The position numbers and the translations under genes are program-made. A stretch of 64,000 nucleotides of DNA, from the NCBI RefSeq assembly GCF_006345805.1, contig NC_043003.1, forward strand, positions 14,012,001 to 14,076,000, written 5' to 3'. Within the stretch, counting starts at the first letter, position 1. Every line of letters starts with the position of its first letter. Under the pieces are notes generated by a model. It had not been told where the DNA came from and made no database searches. It saw nothing but the letters and a program-made list of their open reading frames with translations. Shown piece after piece: positions 49,076 through 61,614 of the stretch. The DNA is from Octopus sinensis (Eukaryota).

Positions 49076-49882
49076 TAACTGATAAAAAAGGATGCAAGAG
49101 AATGACTAATATTTTCATTTGTCAGGCAAGTGCAGGGAGAGAACTCCAGACATGTTTCGGTGTCATTCTGACTTCTTCAGCATAGCATATAATTCACTAT
49201 ATTTACTAAAAGAATCACTAAGTAAATATACACTCATGTGCATTTGTTAGTGTAAGAAAACAGAATTGATTAGACACGATCACTAACCTTGCAGATAATC
49301 ATAACTTGATTTAGTGACTCATTCACCTATGAGTCTTCATAAGATCTTGCAATAAAAATTTTAATGACATAGGTGAAAAAGGAAAATGTATAATGTTGGA
49401 AAATCTCAATAAGAGTAGTAACTATACTGACAAGTAAAGTTAATCGCCACATCATTTATGGCTGTTCGATATCCCTACCATTTTGGCCCCAGAGAGATCT
49501 TCAACCAGCTAGTTATAGGTGCAGCCTGCACCCTGTACATATTGCAAACAGAGGAGCGAACCCCTACCATCCTCCATTATATTTGATGGCAAAAAAGATG
49601 CACAGGTGTATTAGACACCCTGCAATTTCAGCAGCGCATATTTAAGAGGAGAAAGGGCTTTTTTGTTTTTAGAGTTTACGGGAGGCCCAACTGTGCATAT
49701 AGGGCCAGGCATGGCTTTTTGAGACGTTCTGTTTGGGGGAAAAAAATTACTCGTAGGCCATCAAATGTCATACTTGGTTTCCATTTGTGCAAAACGAAAA
49801 CTGGGGAAACCAAGATCCAAGTGAAGAATTTAGCTTTAGAAGTGCATACCCAAATTTTTTTGTCCTTTTCATCTAGTAATTT

Positions 49883-49928
<46 letters not shown>

Positions 49929-50212
49929 TACATACATACATACAAACATATATATGCTTTTCAATAACATAAACAACAGCCATATGATTTCAGAACAGGC
50001 ATATATTTACATATATTGTTGAAAGATGTCTTCCATATCTTAAGCATAACTAACCACTTTACAATGAATTATTTATCAAACAAGTAGATATATACCGAAG
50101 TAAATACATTAATGTGAATTTAAAATTATTTTATTTAAATTATACAAGAATTTTCAGGGTTTTTTTTGGGTTTTTTTTAACACCACCGAATATTTTCTCA
50201 CAGAATTCATAC

Positions 50213-50221
50213 CAAACATTG
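50213..50221 (-). CDS. Candidate 9-nt micro-exon CAATGTTTG
   Basis: tttttttttaaTGCtttcag|CAATGTTTG|gtatga; strong sites on both sides. Confidence 0.5.
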
Positions 50222-50818
50222 CTGAAAGCATTAAAAAAAAATTATATTCTCCTCTGTTCTAGTTTTAAAAACTCTATACTTTATACTGCCAATAGAAACT
50301 GAGGAGTATTAATCAAGAAGCACTATTTTATTCATTAATTCAAAATATGCACCACTTTTATGGAAATCCACGACATTAGAGCTAAACATATACAATAGCT
50401 GATAAATTTATTTTTCTACGGTAAAGCTAAATTGAATATATAGATGGTCTTAGCTGAAACTATAGTAGCACAAAATTTATGATTATTGTTATTACTTAAA
50501 CAGGAACAGCAGAGGACAAGAAAAGATACCATTTTTAATATATATTGCTACGTCCACCTAATTTCTGTGTTCAAATTTCATTAAAGGAAGCAAGCTGGCA
50601 GAATCGTTAGCATGCCGGGCAAAATGCACCGTGGCGTGTCATCTGTTTTTATGTTCTGAGTTCAAATTGTGCCAAGGCCATCTTTGCCGTTTGTTAATTC
50701 AGAGTTGATAAAATATATACCAATTGAGCACTGTGGTCAACTTCATTGACTTACTGCTTCCCCCCAACTACTGGTCAAAATTTGAAGCTATTATTATTAT
50801 TATATTATTATTATAATT

Positions 50819-50850
<32 letters not shown>

Positions 50851-51381
50851 CATTATTACTATTATTATTATTTATATGGCACCGGCAATGCCCACGACTA
50901 CAATTCATTTTTGCTAGTTGAGTAAATTGGAGAAACATGAAAGAAAGTGTCGTGCTCGAAGGCACAATGTGCCACCAGAAGTCAAACACACAACCTTATG
51001 AACATGAGCCAAATATGATAACCATTAAGCCACAGACCTTCACTGTAAATGAATAACCCTACAATAGACTAGCATCCTATCCAGGAGGAATGTAGTATTC
51101 TCAGTCACTTATACGCTATGGAAATCAGGTAAGTAGCCCTGTGAGTTCTCGGAGTCAAAGACAGAAATGTCCAAGGAACTTATTTTTACTATTTTGGTTG
51201 CTACACCTTGTTTCCGTCATCTTCAGGTAAACCATTTTCCAAAATGCACACATCCTCTGGTCAGGTCTGAAATCAGAAGTTTGCTTTTCTAACACAAGAT
51301 TCTAATGTTCTTATCTACTAAACCACAGCCACGGTTCATAAAACTGACCTCACACACACACACAGACAGACACTGACATAC

Positions 51382-51426
51382 AAAATGCACACAAGAAGCT
51401 GAGGTTTGCAGCCTAGGAAACTTCAT
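51382..51426 (-). CDS. Candidate 45-nt alternative exon (MKFPRLQTSASCVHF)
   Basis: (t)n ctcag acceptor and TTT|gtatgt donor; open only in phase 0. Confidence 0.4.
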
Positions 51427-51564
51427 CTGAGAAAAAAAAAAAAAAAGCAAGGGAAATAGAATATAATTGAAGTGACCATTGTTGTATTGTTCTCTCATAA
51501 AAACGGAAATGGTCACGTATTTTAGTTAGTCATCAGATCAATAGAACAGAACCTATTGCTGTTA

Positions 51565-51822
51565 CTAGTAGTAGTAGTACTATTGCTACCACCACCACCA
51601 CCACTGCTACCACTATTACTACTACCACTGCTACTACCACTGTTATTACTACTACTGCTGCTGCTGCTACCACTATTACTACTGCTGCTGCTGCTACTAC
51701 TGCTTCTGCTACTACTACTGCTACTACTACTACTACTATTACTGCTACTACTACTACTGCTGCTGCTACCACTACTACTACTACTATTACTGCTACCACT
51801 ACTACTACTACTACTGCTACTG

Positions 51823-51862
<40 letters not shown>
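51565..51862. repeat. (CTA/CTG/CCA)n trinucleotide array
   Basis: Direct inspection. Confidence 0.95.
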
Positions 51863-52454
51863 AGAATGCACCAAAGCATTTTGTCCGGTGTGCTAACAGC
51901 TCTTTGTGTTTGGTACAAAAAAATAAACTGAACAAAGAAATAAGCTAACAATCTAAGAATTAAAATGTTTTACGATAGGATTTGAACCCTCAATCCTAGG
52001 TCAGGTAGTTCACCACTGTTAGCACTTAGGGTTTTTTCTTATTCAATATTATACAAATCTAATAGAAAATAGCAAATTTAGATGATTTCTATTGAATGTC
52101 CCTTTACAAACATATGGATAATTAAATATGTGTGTATGTATGTATGCCTGTATGTGTGTGTGTGAATGTGTGTGTGTGTGTGTATGTACGTATGTATGTA
52201 TTATTTGTGTGTGTCTGTGTATATATGACAATTACTGCCATAGGACAATTCCCTCCAATGACAACTACCCCCTAGGACAATTACCCTGCTTAGTTAATTA
52301 CCCCCTGCCAATATATTAAGAAGTTTTAAAGCATCATCTGTTGTCCTCAGGGGTGTATATCCTAGACTCTTGCTAACAACCTCCCCTTGTAACTTAGCAG
52401 TTCAGCAAAAGAGCCAGCAAGAATATATAGCAGGGCTCATATTGGGCCCATAAT

Positions 52455-52870
52455 GGCGGCGAGCTGGCAGAATCATTAACACGCCGGGTGAAATGCTTAG
52501 CGGTATTTCGTCTGCCGTTAAGTTCTGAGTTCATTTTCCGCCAAGGTCGACTTTGACGGTTATCCTTTTGGGGTCGATTAAATAAGTACCAGTTACGCGC
52601 TGGGGTTGATATAATTGACATAATCTGTTTGTCTGTCCTTGTTTGTCCTCTCTGTGTTTAGCCCCTTGTGGGTAGTAAAGAAATAGGTATTTCGTCAGCC
52701 GTTCCGTTCTGAGTTCAAATTCCGCTGAGGTCAACTTTGCTTTTCATCCTTTCGGGGTCGATTAAATAAGTACCAGTTACACACTGGAGTCGATGTAATC
52801 GACTTAATCCCTTTGTCTGTCCTTGTTTCTCCCCTCTATGTGTAGCCCCTTGTAGGCAATAAAGAAATAA
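52455..52870 (+). mobile_element. SINE S2 dimer with the same aaatag|gtattt junction
   Basis: Junction near 52687. Confidence 0.82.
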
Positions 52871-53209
52871 GAATACGAAGCAGGGCTCATTTGTTGAACT
52901 AAATCCCTGGAGATGGTGCCCCAGTATGGCATCATTCCAATGAGCGAAACAAGTAATCAATACGAGATAATTAAGGTTTATTACTCAAATACAAAATCAG
53001 AGCAGAATACAAACAAATGCCATAATGATTCATATATACATATTTTATTTATTTAAAAGGTTCACAAATAAATCAATGACTGAGAAGCAAGCTAACATTT
53101 AACTACTTCCCAATGGTAATAAGTACAGTCTTTATGTTTGTGAATTCACCGAGAAATTAGATTAAATAACACCTTATAAACACCGTTAGCTCCACGTACC
53201 AAATCATAC

Positions 53210-53226
53210 CTAATTTTGTCTTGTAG
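53210..53226 (-). CDS. Candidate 17-nt micro-exon (LQDKI)
   Basis: gaTGCgtgattag|CTACAAGACAAAATTAG|gtatga; strong donor, modest acceptor. Confidence 0.4.
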
Positions 53227-53385
53227 CTAATCACGCATCAATCATTGAAGGAAAACATTTCGTAACTCACTTAAATGTTTATTTAAAACAAAAACCAATT
53301 TCTTTTAAACATTAACCCTTCAAGCATTCAGATTACTTTGTCAGATGTAATACTAATCTATTCACGATTCTACCAGCTTGTCACC

Positions 53386-53425
<40 letters not shown>

Positions 53426-53426
<1 letters not shown>

Positions 53427-55203
53427 TGTTTTGTCTTGGTATAAAAGATGGGCTACAGCAAATATCATGCTCAATATCACAGACTTGCTTCTCAGTTATT
53501 TTACCATAACCAGTTGAGCATGTCCCTTGGTGGCTGACGATATGTGCATCTCTGATCAGGAGCAGAAGTAGTGGGCGAGCATCATAGCTGTGTGCTGAAA
53601 GGAATTTTATTTGGGTTTTGAATAATTTACCTCTGGAAACATGGGTGTTTCATTCAGCATCCTTAAAGAACCCTTATTCAGGGACCTTTTGAGCGGGATA
53701 GGTTACTCAACCAGAAGAAAATTCTAACTGGGCTCTGCCTGCAAGGTCATGTGCTGTTTATCTTGATATGAGATCACCATGTCGTGCATATATTGTTGTG
53801 ATGCATGTGCCTGGTGTACCCTTATCAGATGAGTAGTCATGAAGGGTATACTGGGCTTCATATATTTTACCCCAGAGTCACTTTGATGGCATGCACTGCT
53901 CTCTCACTCAATAACAATAATAATAATAATAATAATAATCCTTTCTACTAAAGACACAAGGCTTGAAATTCAGGGGGAGGAGACTAGTTGATTAGTAGGT
54001 TTCATTAGTACTTAATTTACCAACATCAAAAGGATAAGAAGAAAAGTTGACTTTGGTGGAATTTGAACCCAGAATGAAAAGATGGATGAAATGCCACAAA
54101 GCATTTTGCTTGACGTGCTAACAATTCTGCCAGTATGCCACCTTAAACTTAAAGACAGATGAAATACTACTAAGCATTTCACCCGGAGTGCTAACGATTC
54201 TACCAGCTCACCGCCTCAATAATAATAATAATGATGATGATAATAATAGTAATAATAAAGATGATAATAATAATAATGAGAATAATAATAATAAAATAAT
54301 AATAATAATAATAATTGTTTTGTCTTGGTATAAAAGATGGGCTACAGCAAATATCATGCTCAATATCACAGACTTGCTTCTCAGTTATTTTACCATAACC
54401 AGTTGAGCATGTCCCTTGGTGGCTGACGATATGTGCATCTCTGATCAGGAGCAGAAGTAGTGGGCGAGCATCATAGCTGTGTGCTGAAAGGAATTTTATT
54501 TGGGTTTTGAATAATTTACCTCTGGAAACATGGGTGTTTCATTCAGCATCCTTAAAGAACCCTTATTCAGGGACCTTTTGAGCGGGATAGGTTACTCAAC
54601 CAGAAGAAAATTCTAACTGGGCTCTGCCTGCAAGGTCATGTGCTGTTTATCTTGATATGAGATCACCATGTCGTGCATATATTGTTGTGATGCATGTGCC
54701 TGGTGTACCCTTATCAGATGAGTAGTCATGAAGGGTATACTGGGCTTCATATATTTTACCCCAGAGTCACTTTGATGGCATGCACTGCTCTCTCACTCAA
54801 TAACAATAATAATAATAATAATAATAATCCTTTCTACTAAAGACACAAGGCTTGAAATTCAGGGGGAGGAGACTAGTTGATTAGTAGGTTTCATTAGTAC
54901 TTAATTTACCAACATCAAAAGGATAAGAAGAAAAGTTGACTTTGGTGGAATTTGAACCCAGAATGAAAAGATGGATGAAATGCCACAAAGCATTTTGCTT
55001 GACGTGCTAACAATTCTGCCAGTATGCCACCTTAAACTTAAAGACAGATGAAATACTACTAAGCATTTCACCCGGAGTGCTAACGATTCTACCAGCTCAC
55101 CGCCTCAATAATAATAATAATGATGATGATAATAATAGTAATAATAAAGATGATAATAATAATAATGAGAATAATAATAATAATAATAATGATAATAATA
55201 ATA
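53426..55203. repeat. 889-bp tandem duplication, apparently identical
   Basis: 53426-54314 repeats at 54315-55203, including the irregular (AAT/GAT) pattern. Confidence 0.9.
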
Positions 55204-55216
55204 ATAATAATAATGA

Positions 55217-55255
<39 letters not shown>

Positions 55256-55267
55256 TAATAATAATAA

Positions 55268-55828
55268 ATTCCACCGATGCAGTACCAGGTACTGACTCTC
55301 ATGGCTTCTGATCTTAACTGATTGGAAGTGTTATCGTGTACATTGTTTTGTCTTGGTACAAAAGATGGGCTATAGCAAATATTCTGCTCAATACAACAGG
55401 TTTGCTTGTCAATTGTTTGACCATAACCAGTTGAGCATGTCCCTTGGTGGCTGACGATATGTGCATCTCTGAACACGAGAAGTAGTGGGGGGGGGAGCAT
55501 CATAGCCATATGTTGAGAGGAATTCTTTGGAGTTTGAATAATTCACCTTTGGAACCATGGGTGTTTTGTTCATCATTCTTAAACAATCCTTATTCAGGGA
55601 CCTTTTGAGTGGGATGGGCTACTCGACCAGAAGAAAATTTTAACTGGACCCTCATCTGCAAGATCTTGCAGTGTTGATCCTGATGCTAGGTCACCATGTC
55701 ATGCACATACGGTCATGAAGCATGTGCCTGATGTACCCTTATTAAATTGGTACACAAGAAATTGTATATTGGGCTTTGTATATTTGTACCCCAGTGTCTG
55801 TTTGATGGCATGCATTACTCTCTCACCC
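55268..55828 (+). mobile_element. (TAA)n-associated retro-element, longest copy
   Basis: Flanked by (AAT)n on both sides; longer 5' end than the copies at 53426 and 54315. Confidence 0.75.
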
Positions 55829-55844
55829 AATAATAGTAATAATG

Positions 55845-55879
<35 letters not shown>

Positions 55880-56085
55880 CCTTTCTACTATAAGCACAAG
55901 GGCTGACATTTTGGAGGAAGGGGACAAGCTGATTATATCGACTGGTACTTAAAATCTATCAACCCCAAAAAGGGATGAAAAGCAGAATTTGAAGAAAAAT
56001 TCTTGAAATTCGAGGAAACTTGTCAATAAACCTCAAGATGAAATGCTAACTACATTAGCATAATGTTATAATAATAATAATGACA

Positions 56086-56120
<35 letters not shown>

Positions 56121-56764
56121 ACCAATAATAATTGGCACACTTGGAGGTATCAGCACTCAACTACCAGCTTGGCTAAAAAAAAATCGGTTACAAAAGTAAA
56201 GGATAGAACCACCTACAAAAATCATTCATTGCTTCAAACTTCAAGAGTTCTCTGCAGGGTTCTTGAAGCATGATCAGTAAAATAAGTGTCAGCTTAGTCT
56301 GTTGGCTGTGGACAGCTGACACTTTCCACATTACCCAGCGGAATAAACGGGGAGTTTTCGTCAAATAACAACAACAACATGAATAAAAATAATCAATTAA
56401 CAAAATCTAAAAAATTTGTCAAAATTATTTATTCCTTGACCAATATTATAATTAAGCCTAATTAATAATTAAAAAGAAAGAAAACAGTCAAGTTTTATAA
56501 AGAAAATGAAATTAAAATACAATTGATTATCTTAGTAATAAGATATTTAAAAATGCAATTTTGAATAATGGTAAAGAATATGGAATATGAAGGAAATACA
56601 GAAGACAGCATTTTACTTCAACCACAAAAATATTCCTCTAAGTTGAACTCAGAAACAATACACTTATATTATTTTTTTATTTTCTCTAATTTCCTTATTA
56701 AGGTATATAAATATTCACGGATACTGATTAAAATACGAAGTCAAAATACTGGTAACTGTGCAAA

Positions 56765-56996
56765 ATAATAATAATAAGAAGAAGAAGAAGAAGAAGAATG
56801 ATAATAATAATGATGATGATAATAATAATGATAATAATAATGATGATGAGGATAATAATAATAATGATAATGATAATAATAATAATTAATAATAATGATG
56901 ATAATAATAATGATGATGATAATAATGATGATGATAATAATAATGATGATGATAATAATGATGATGATGATAATAATGATAATAATAATAATAAAG

Positions 56997-57027
<31 letters not shown>

Positions 57028-57055
57028 TGATGATGATAATAATAACGTTGATGAT
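56765..57055. repeat. (AAT/GAT/AAG)n array
   Basis: Direct inspection. Confidence 0.92.
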
Positions 57056-57272
57056 GAATTAAAGAAAAACTAAATGAGAAAAACAAAAATGAAAAATCTA
57101 TACTTAATCACGAGATATCGTCTAAATTTGAAAGTTCAAATTAAAATTCTGTTAATATAACCGAAATATGTAAAAAGACCAAAATAACTTGTATATATTT
57201 CTTTTGAAACATGGAGAAGTAGAAGACGTAATTGACAATTACGAAGATTTCATCCCTTCTTTGCTCTCATAC

Positions 57273-57279
57273 ATTTTCG
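57273..57279 (-). CDS. Candidate 7-nt micro-exon CGAAAAT
   Basis: ttcgcgtttgtTGCtag|CGAAAAT|gtatga; continues the frame as G-E-N. Confidence 0.4.
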
Positions 57280-58043
57280 CTAGCAACAAACGCGAAGTGG
57301 TTTTGAAGCATGTTCTGGGTTTTTACTTTTTTTTTTATTATTTTTTTTTTTTAAGAACCCTTCTTATCAGACAATGGCGACGGCTTTTAGAACGGAACGC
57401 GATGACTACTACTGAATTGAAGGTTACCATGGGTTTTTAACATGTCAGAAACCATCTAAATATCTTCATGCAAAATTATAGCAATTAAGATGAGTTTGAA
57501 AGCAAACATGCATATTTTACATAATAATCTTACGGCATAAACGAAAATAGATCGATAAATTTAAAAAAAAAAAAAGGGGGAATATATAAATAAATCAAAA
57601 TAATGCTGATGAACGTGCGAAAATATATTGTCTTCAGATGTTCGCTGGAAAATAATGTAGCATTTCAAGTGTAGGATCAAAGATTAGAGAAATTGAGCAA
57701 AAAAACCGTGAGAATAAGAAGGAAAAAAGAGACAAAGCCATTGTCAGTGTTTTCGCTTTTGTGATTTGAATATATCTAAAATGTTAGATCAAGAGCTGGA
57801 GACCGCGGCAATAATAGGAGGAGAATATTTATAATAAAATCTTGATACCATCACATATAAGAAGCAGCACAGGAGGTGAAGGTGGAAATAACAAAGGCAC
57901 TGATGTCATTGTTGCTGTGTAGCCACAGGCTTGCCACAACTGTGCAAGCACATGATCAAAGGCATTAAGGTCTGCTTTGATTTAGCAGGCTTGTGATCAA
58001 AGACATTCCAATCTTGACCATCACACCTTTCTGTTATATCTAT

Positions 58044-58268
58044 TTCTTTACTACCCACAAGGGGCTAAACACAGAGGGGACAAACAAGGACAGACAAACG
58101 GATCAAGTCGATTATATCGACCCCAGTGCGTAACTCGTACTTATTTAATCGACCCCGAAAGGATGAAAGGCAAAGTCAACCTCAGCGGAATTTGAACTCA
58201 GAACGTAACAGCAGACGAAATACCGCAAGGCATTTCACCCGGCATGCTAACGTTTCTGCTAGCTCGCC
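58044..58268 (-). mobile_element. SINE S2 monomer
   Basis: Family match. Confidence 0.85.
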
Positions 58269-58476
58269 TTCTGTTATATCACATGTAGAATTACATTGTC
58301 CAATGTGTCCTTCTAGCTTTAGGATCAAAGACATTCCAGTCTTGACCATCACATCTTTTTGGTGTATCAAATGTAAGAATTACATCGTCCAATGTGTCCT
58401 TCTAGCTTTAAGAGTGTAGGATATGATTTTCAGGAAATTAGCTGCTATTTCTAGTAAGGAGAGTGACTTCATAGAG

Positions 58477-59373
58477 CAGTAGTTCTCAACCAGAGTCCAC
58501 ATAACTTTTGGGGGTCCATATAAGATTTTGTTGTTAGTATTTCATTGTTGTTTAATGTCTGCTTTCCATGCTGGCATGGGTTGGACAGTTTGACTGAGGA
58601 CTGGCGAGCCAGAAGGCTGCACCAGGCTCCAATCCTATAATATCCAAAATATTTTGACAACTTTTTTTATACAATTCTACATAATATTTAATTTAAAAAA
58701 TATAATATCATATTTTTTTACCTTTTGGCATTCAGGTTTCTCTGTCAAATGTAAGGCTTATCAATTCACATTGTTTTGAATTCATCTTACATTGCCTGGT
58801 AGCTTTGAGATTACAATGATGTGACTGTTCATTTTTAGATTAACATTGTAGAGTAAGTGTGAGAGGCCAGAACTGGCTAGTTTGAAGATAAAACTGGCAG
58901 ATTATTTTGGTCAGATATGGCTGCTTTAAATGCTAAAACAATGGTTCATAACAGGGGTTCACATAGCCCTTGAGGATTTATATAAGACTTTGGGGGCCAC
59001 AAAGCAAAATAGCAAACTGAGGATCCACAATAGTATTTTAAAGACCCCTGAAAAAATGCTGCTTTAGATGTATGTATTGGTATTTATTGCAAGAAACTGT
59101 TAGGTTCCTTTCTCTGATATTTTACACAATTTAATGGGTAAAAAACAAAATATGAATTTTGAAAGAAGTTTCTATAAGACTAGTTTTTAACCATCAAGTG
59201 GCTATGGGGGTCCACAAAGAGAAAATTGTAATCAAAGGGATCCATAGATAAAAAAAAAATGGTTGAAAACTCCTGCGCTAAAGGATTAAACATGAAATGG
59301 TTATAAGGGTCTCACTGAGTAAAATATGAATCACAGGGTTCCATAAGTGAAAAAAAATGGTTGAGAACCACTG
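58477..59373. mobile_element. hAT-type MITE carrying nested S3 and piggyBac MITE pieces
   Basis: cagtagttctcaacc / ggttgagaaccactg TIRs; TSD not preserved. Confidence 0.6.
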
Positions 59374-59606
59374 GGAGAGAGGTTCTTGATATCTCTATAT
59401 ATCCAGGGTTTTTTTTTCTCCTTTACATGTTTTAGTCATTAGGGGCTTCGGCCATGATGGGGCACTACCTGGAAGGGTTTTTTTAGTTGAATGAATCGAA
59501 ACTAATACGCTCATACACATACACACATATCTAGTCACTTTAGTGACATCTATAGTTCTGCCTTTTGGCTGTAAATTGCAAATAAGCCACCTTTATTTAT
59601 ATATAT

Positions 59607-59947
59607 AGGGTGACCCCCTTCAGTCATGAATGTCTATGGGATTGCACCTAGAAAGTTACCCTCCGAGGCACAAGGCTGGGCAAGGTTGTTTATTGAAGAC
59701 TAACAGTTGCCCATACATACCAGCCTCCCTCTCTCCACACCACTAATGTTATCCAAGGAAAGGCAAAGGGGCCGATACAGCTTGGCACCAGTGACATTGC
59801 AACTCATTTTTACGGCTGAGTGAACTGGAGCAACGTGAAATAAAGTGTCTTGCTCAAGATCACAACATGCAGCCCCGTCTAGGAATCGAACTTGACAACC
59901 TTATGATCGTAAGCTTGATGATCTAACCACTGAGCCATGCGCCTTCA
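59607..59947 (-). mobile_element. tRNA-headed CORE-like SINE family S5
   Basis: ggcgcatggctcagtggttag...gttcgattcc...cttgagcaagacactttatttcacgttgctccagttcactcag; diverged fragment at 50870-51040. Confidence 0.75.
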
Positions 59948-60289
59948 CACACACACACACACATATATACATGTACACGTACACACACATATATATATAC
60001 ACACACACACACATATATACATGTACACGTACACACACATATATATATATACACACACACACACACTCAATTAGATTCTTTTAGTTTCCTTCTACCAATT
60101 CACTCACAAGACTTTGGTCATCCCAGAACAAAAGTAGAAGACACTTGCCCAAGGTGCCTTACTGTAGGACTGAACCTGGAACCATGCATTTATGAAGAAA
60201 ACATTTCAGCCACACAGCCATGACTGTACCTAAGCTCCCCGCCACACTCACAAATAATAAATAAAATAAAATAAACAAAGTAAACTCAC

Positions 60290-60321
60290 CCAATATAATT
60301 TTTATCCCATATATCGTTCAT
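60290..60321 (-). CDS. Candidate first coding exon (71-nt exon 60290-60360; ATG at 60321, MNDIWDKNYIG)
   Basis: Acceptor gtattttcttttatttccag, donor TGG|gtgagt, A at -3 of the ATG; ends in phase 2. Confidence 0.55.
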
Positions 60322-61176
60322 CCTATGGTAAAACAATCACATTGGAATATTTTCAGGGGCCTGGAAATAAAAGAAAATACACCGTGAAAGAATGTTTTAT
60401 AATGATATACAAAAATTAATATATTTTAACGATTTCAATTTACCACAAATATTTTTAAAATGTTATTTCTAAGATTCTCTTTCACATGGACACACATATA
60501 TATATGAATCTTGTAATTAGGGGGCAAAAAAAAAAAAAAAAGGATATGACAAATTGAAAATTGCAGATAAACTCAGATGTGTCCCCTTTACTATGGTTGC
60601 ATGGGTCAAATGGAGTTTATTGAGGTCGATTTTTCTAAAGCTGAATGCCCTTCCTGTTGCCAACCTTTATCTGTCTCTAAGCATGGTAATGATTTTCCCT
60701 ACAGTCAGACATGCTTTCACAGAACGTTGGAAAGGAATGACACTGCTTGTATAACAGTGACACTCATTTACAACTATCACATGATGTCAAGACAAGAAGA
60801 CACAAAAAACACACACACACACAAGTACATATACGTATGTGTATATACATCATCATTATCATCATTTAACGTCCATTTTTCATCATATTGGCATGGGTTG
60901 ATATATATATTTGAAAAAAGAATGACTTCTCTGGTAGTTCTAATCAGTTTAATTTATAATTTTTTAATTTTTTAATAATATAAATTTTTGTTCATAGATC
61001 TAAAATTTATATTATTAATAAATGAAAAAAATAATAAATTAAACTAATTAAAACTACCAGTGAAGTCATTTTTTCTTTTGTTTTTTCAAACATACCCAAC
61101 TGTACCAAGGATCTTATACATTTTCCAATATATATATGTATGTATGCATGCATGCATGTATGTATGTGTGTGTATG

Positions 61177-61252
<76 letters not shown>

Positions 61253-61253
61253 A

Positions 61254-61291
<38 letters not shown>

Positions 61292-61568
61292 TAGATAGAT
61301 AGATAGACATACAGATATGCAGTGAGAGAGATAGGGAGAGTCTGTGTGAGAGAGACAAATACAACACGTGAAAATGTTAATCCAAACACATTCTTTTCTT
61401 CTCTCCATTTTCTTTTCTCATCCCCTTCGTCAAAGGGCATTGGCTTGAAATATCAAAAACTTATTCATTTTTCCTGAGTGTCAAACTAACACACCTTGTT
61501 TGTTGTTCCCTCACTTGTCTCTGTCTTCTGTTTATATATGTTTGTACCATATATATGTGTGCATGTGT

Positions 61569-61614
<46 letters not shown>

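Noticed and set aside
51105-51128. Plus-strand 24-nt exon with CAG|gtaagt
   Set aside because: Lies within a decayed SINE tail
51522-51948. Poly-Ser/Leu/Val ORFs (also 8464-8722, 55077-55509, 56798-57086)
   Set aside because: Trinucleotide arrays open in several frames on both strands
60290-60321. KNYIGE in the modelled protein resembling a GIY-YIG motif
   Set aside because: No upstream GIY strand or downstream conserved Arg/Glu spacing; coincidence
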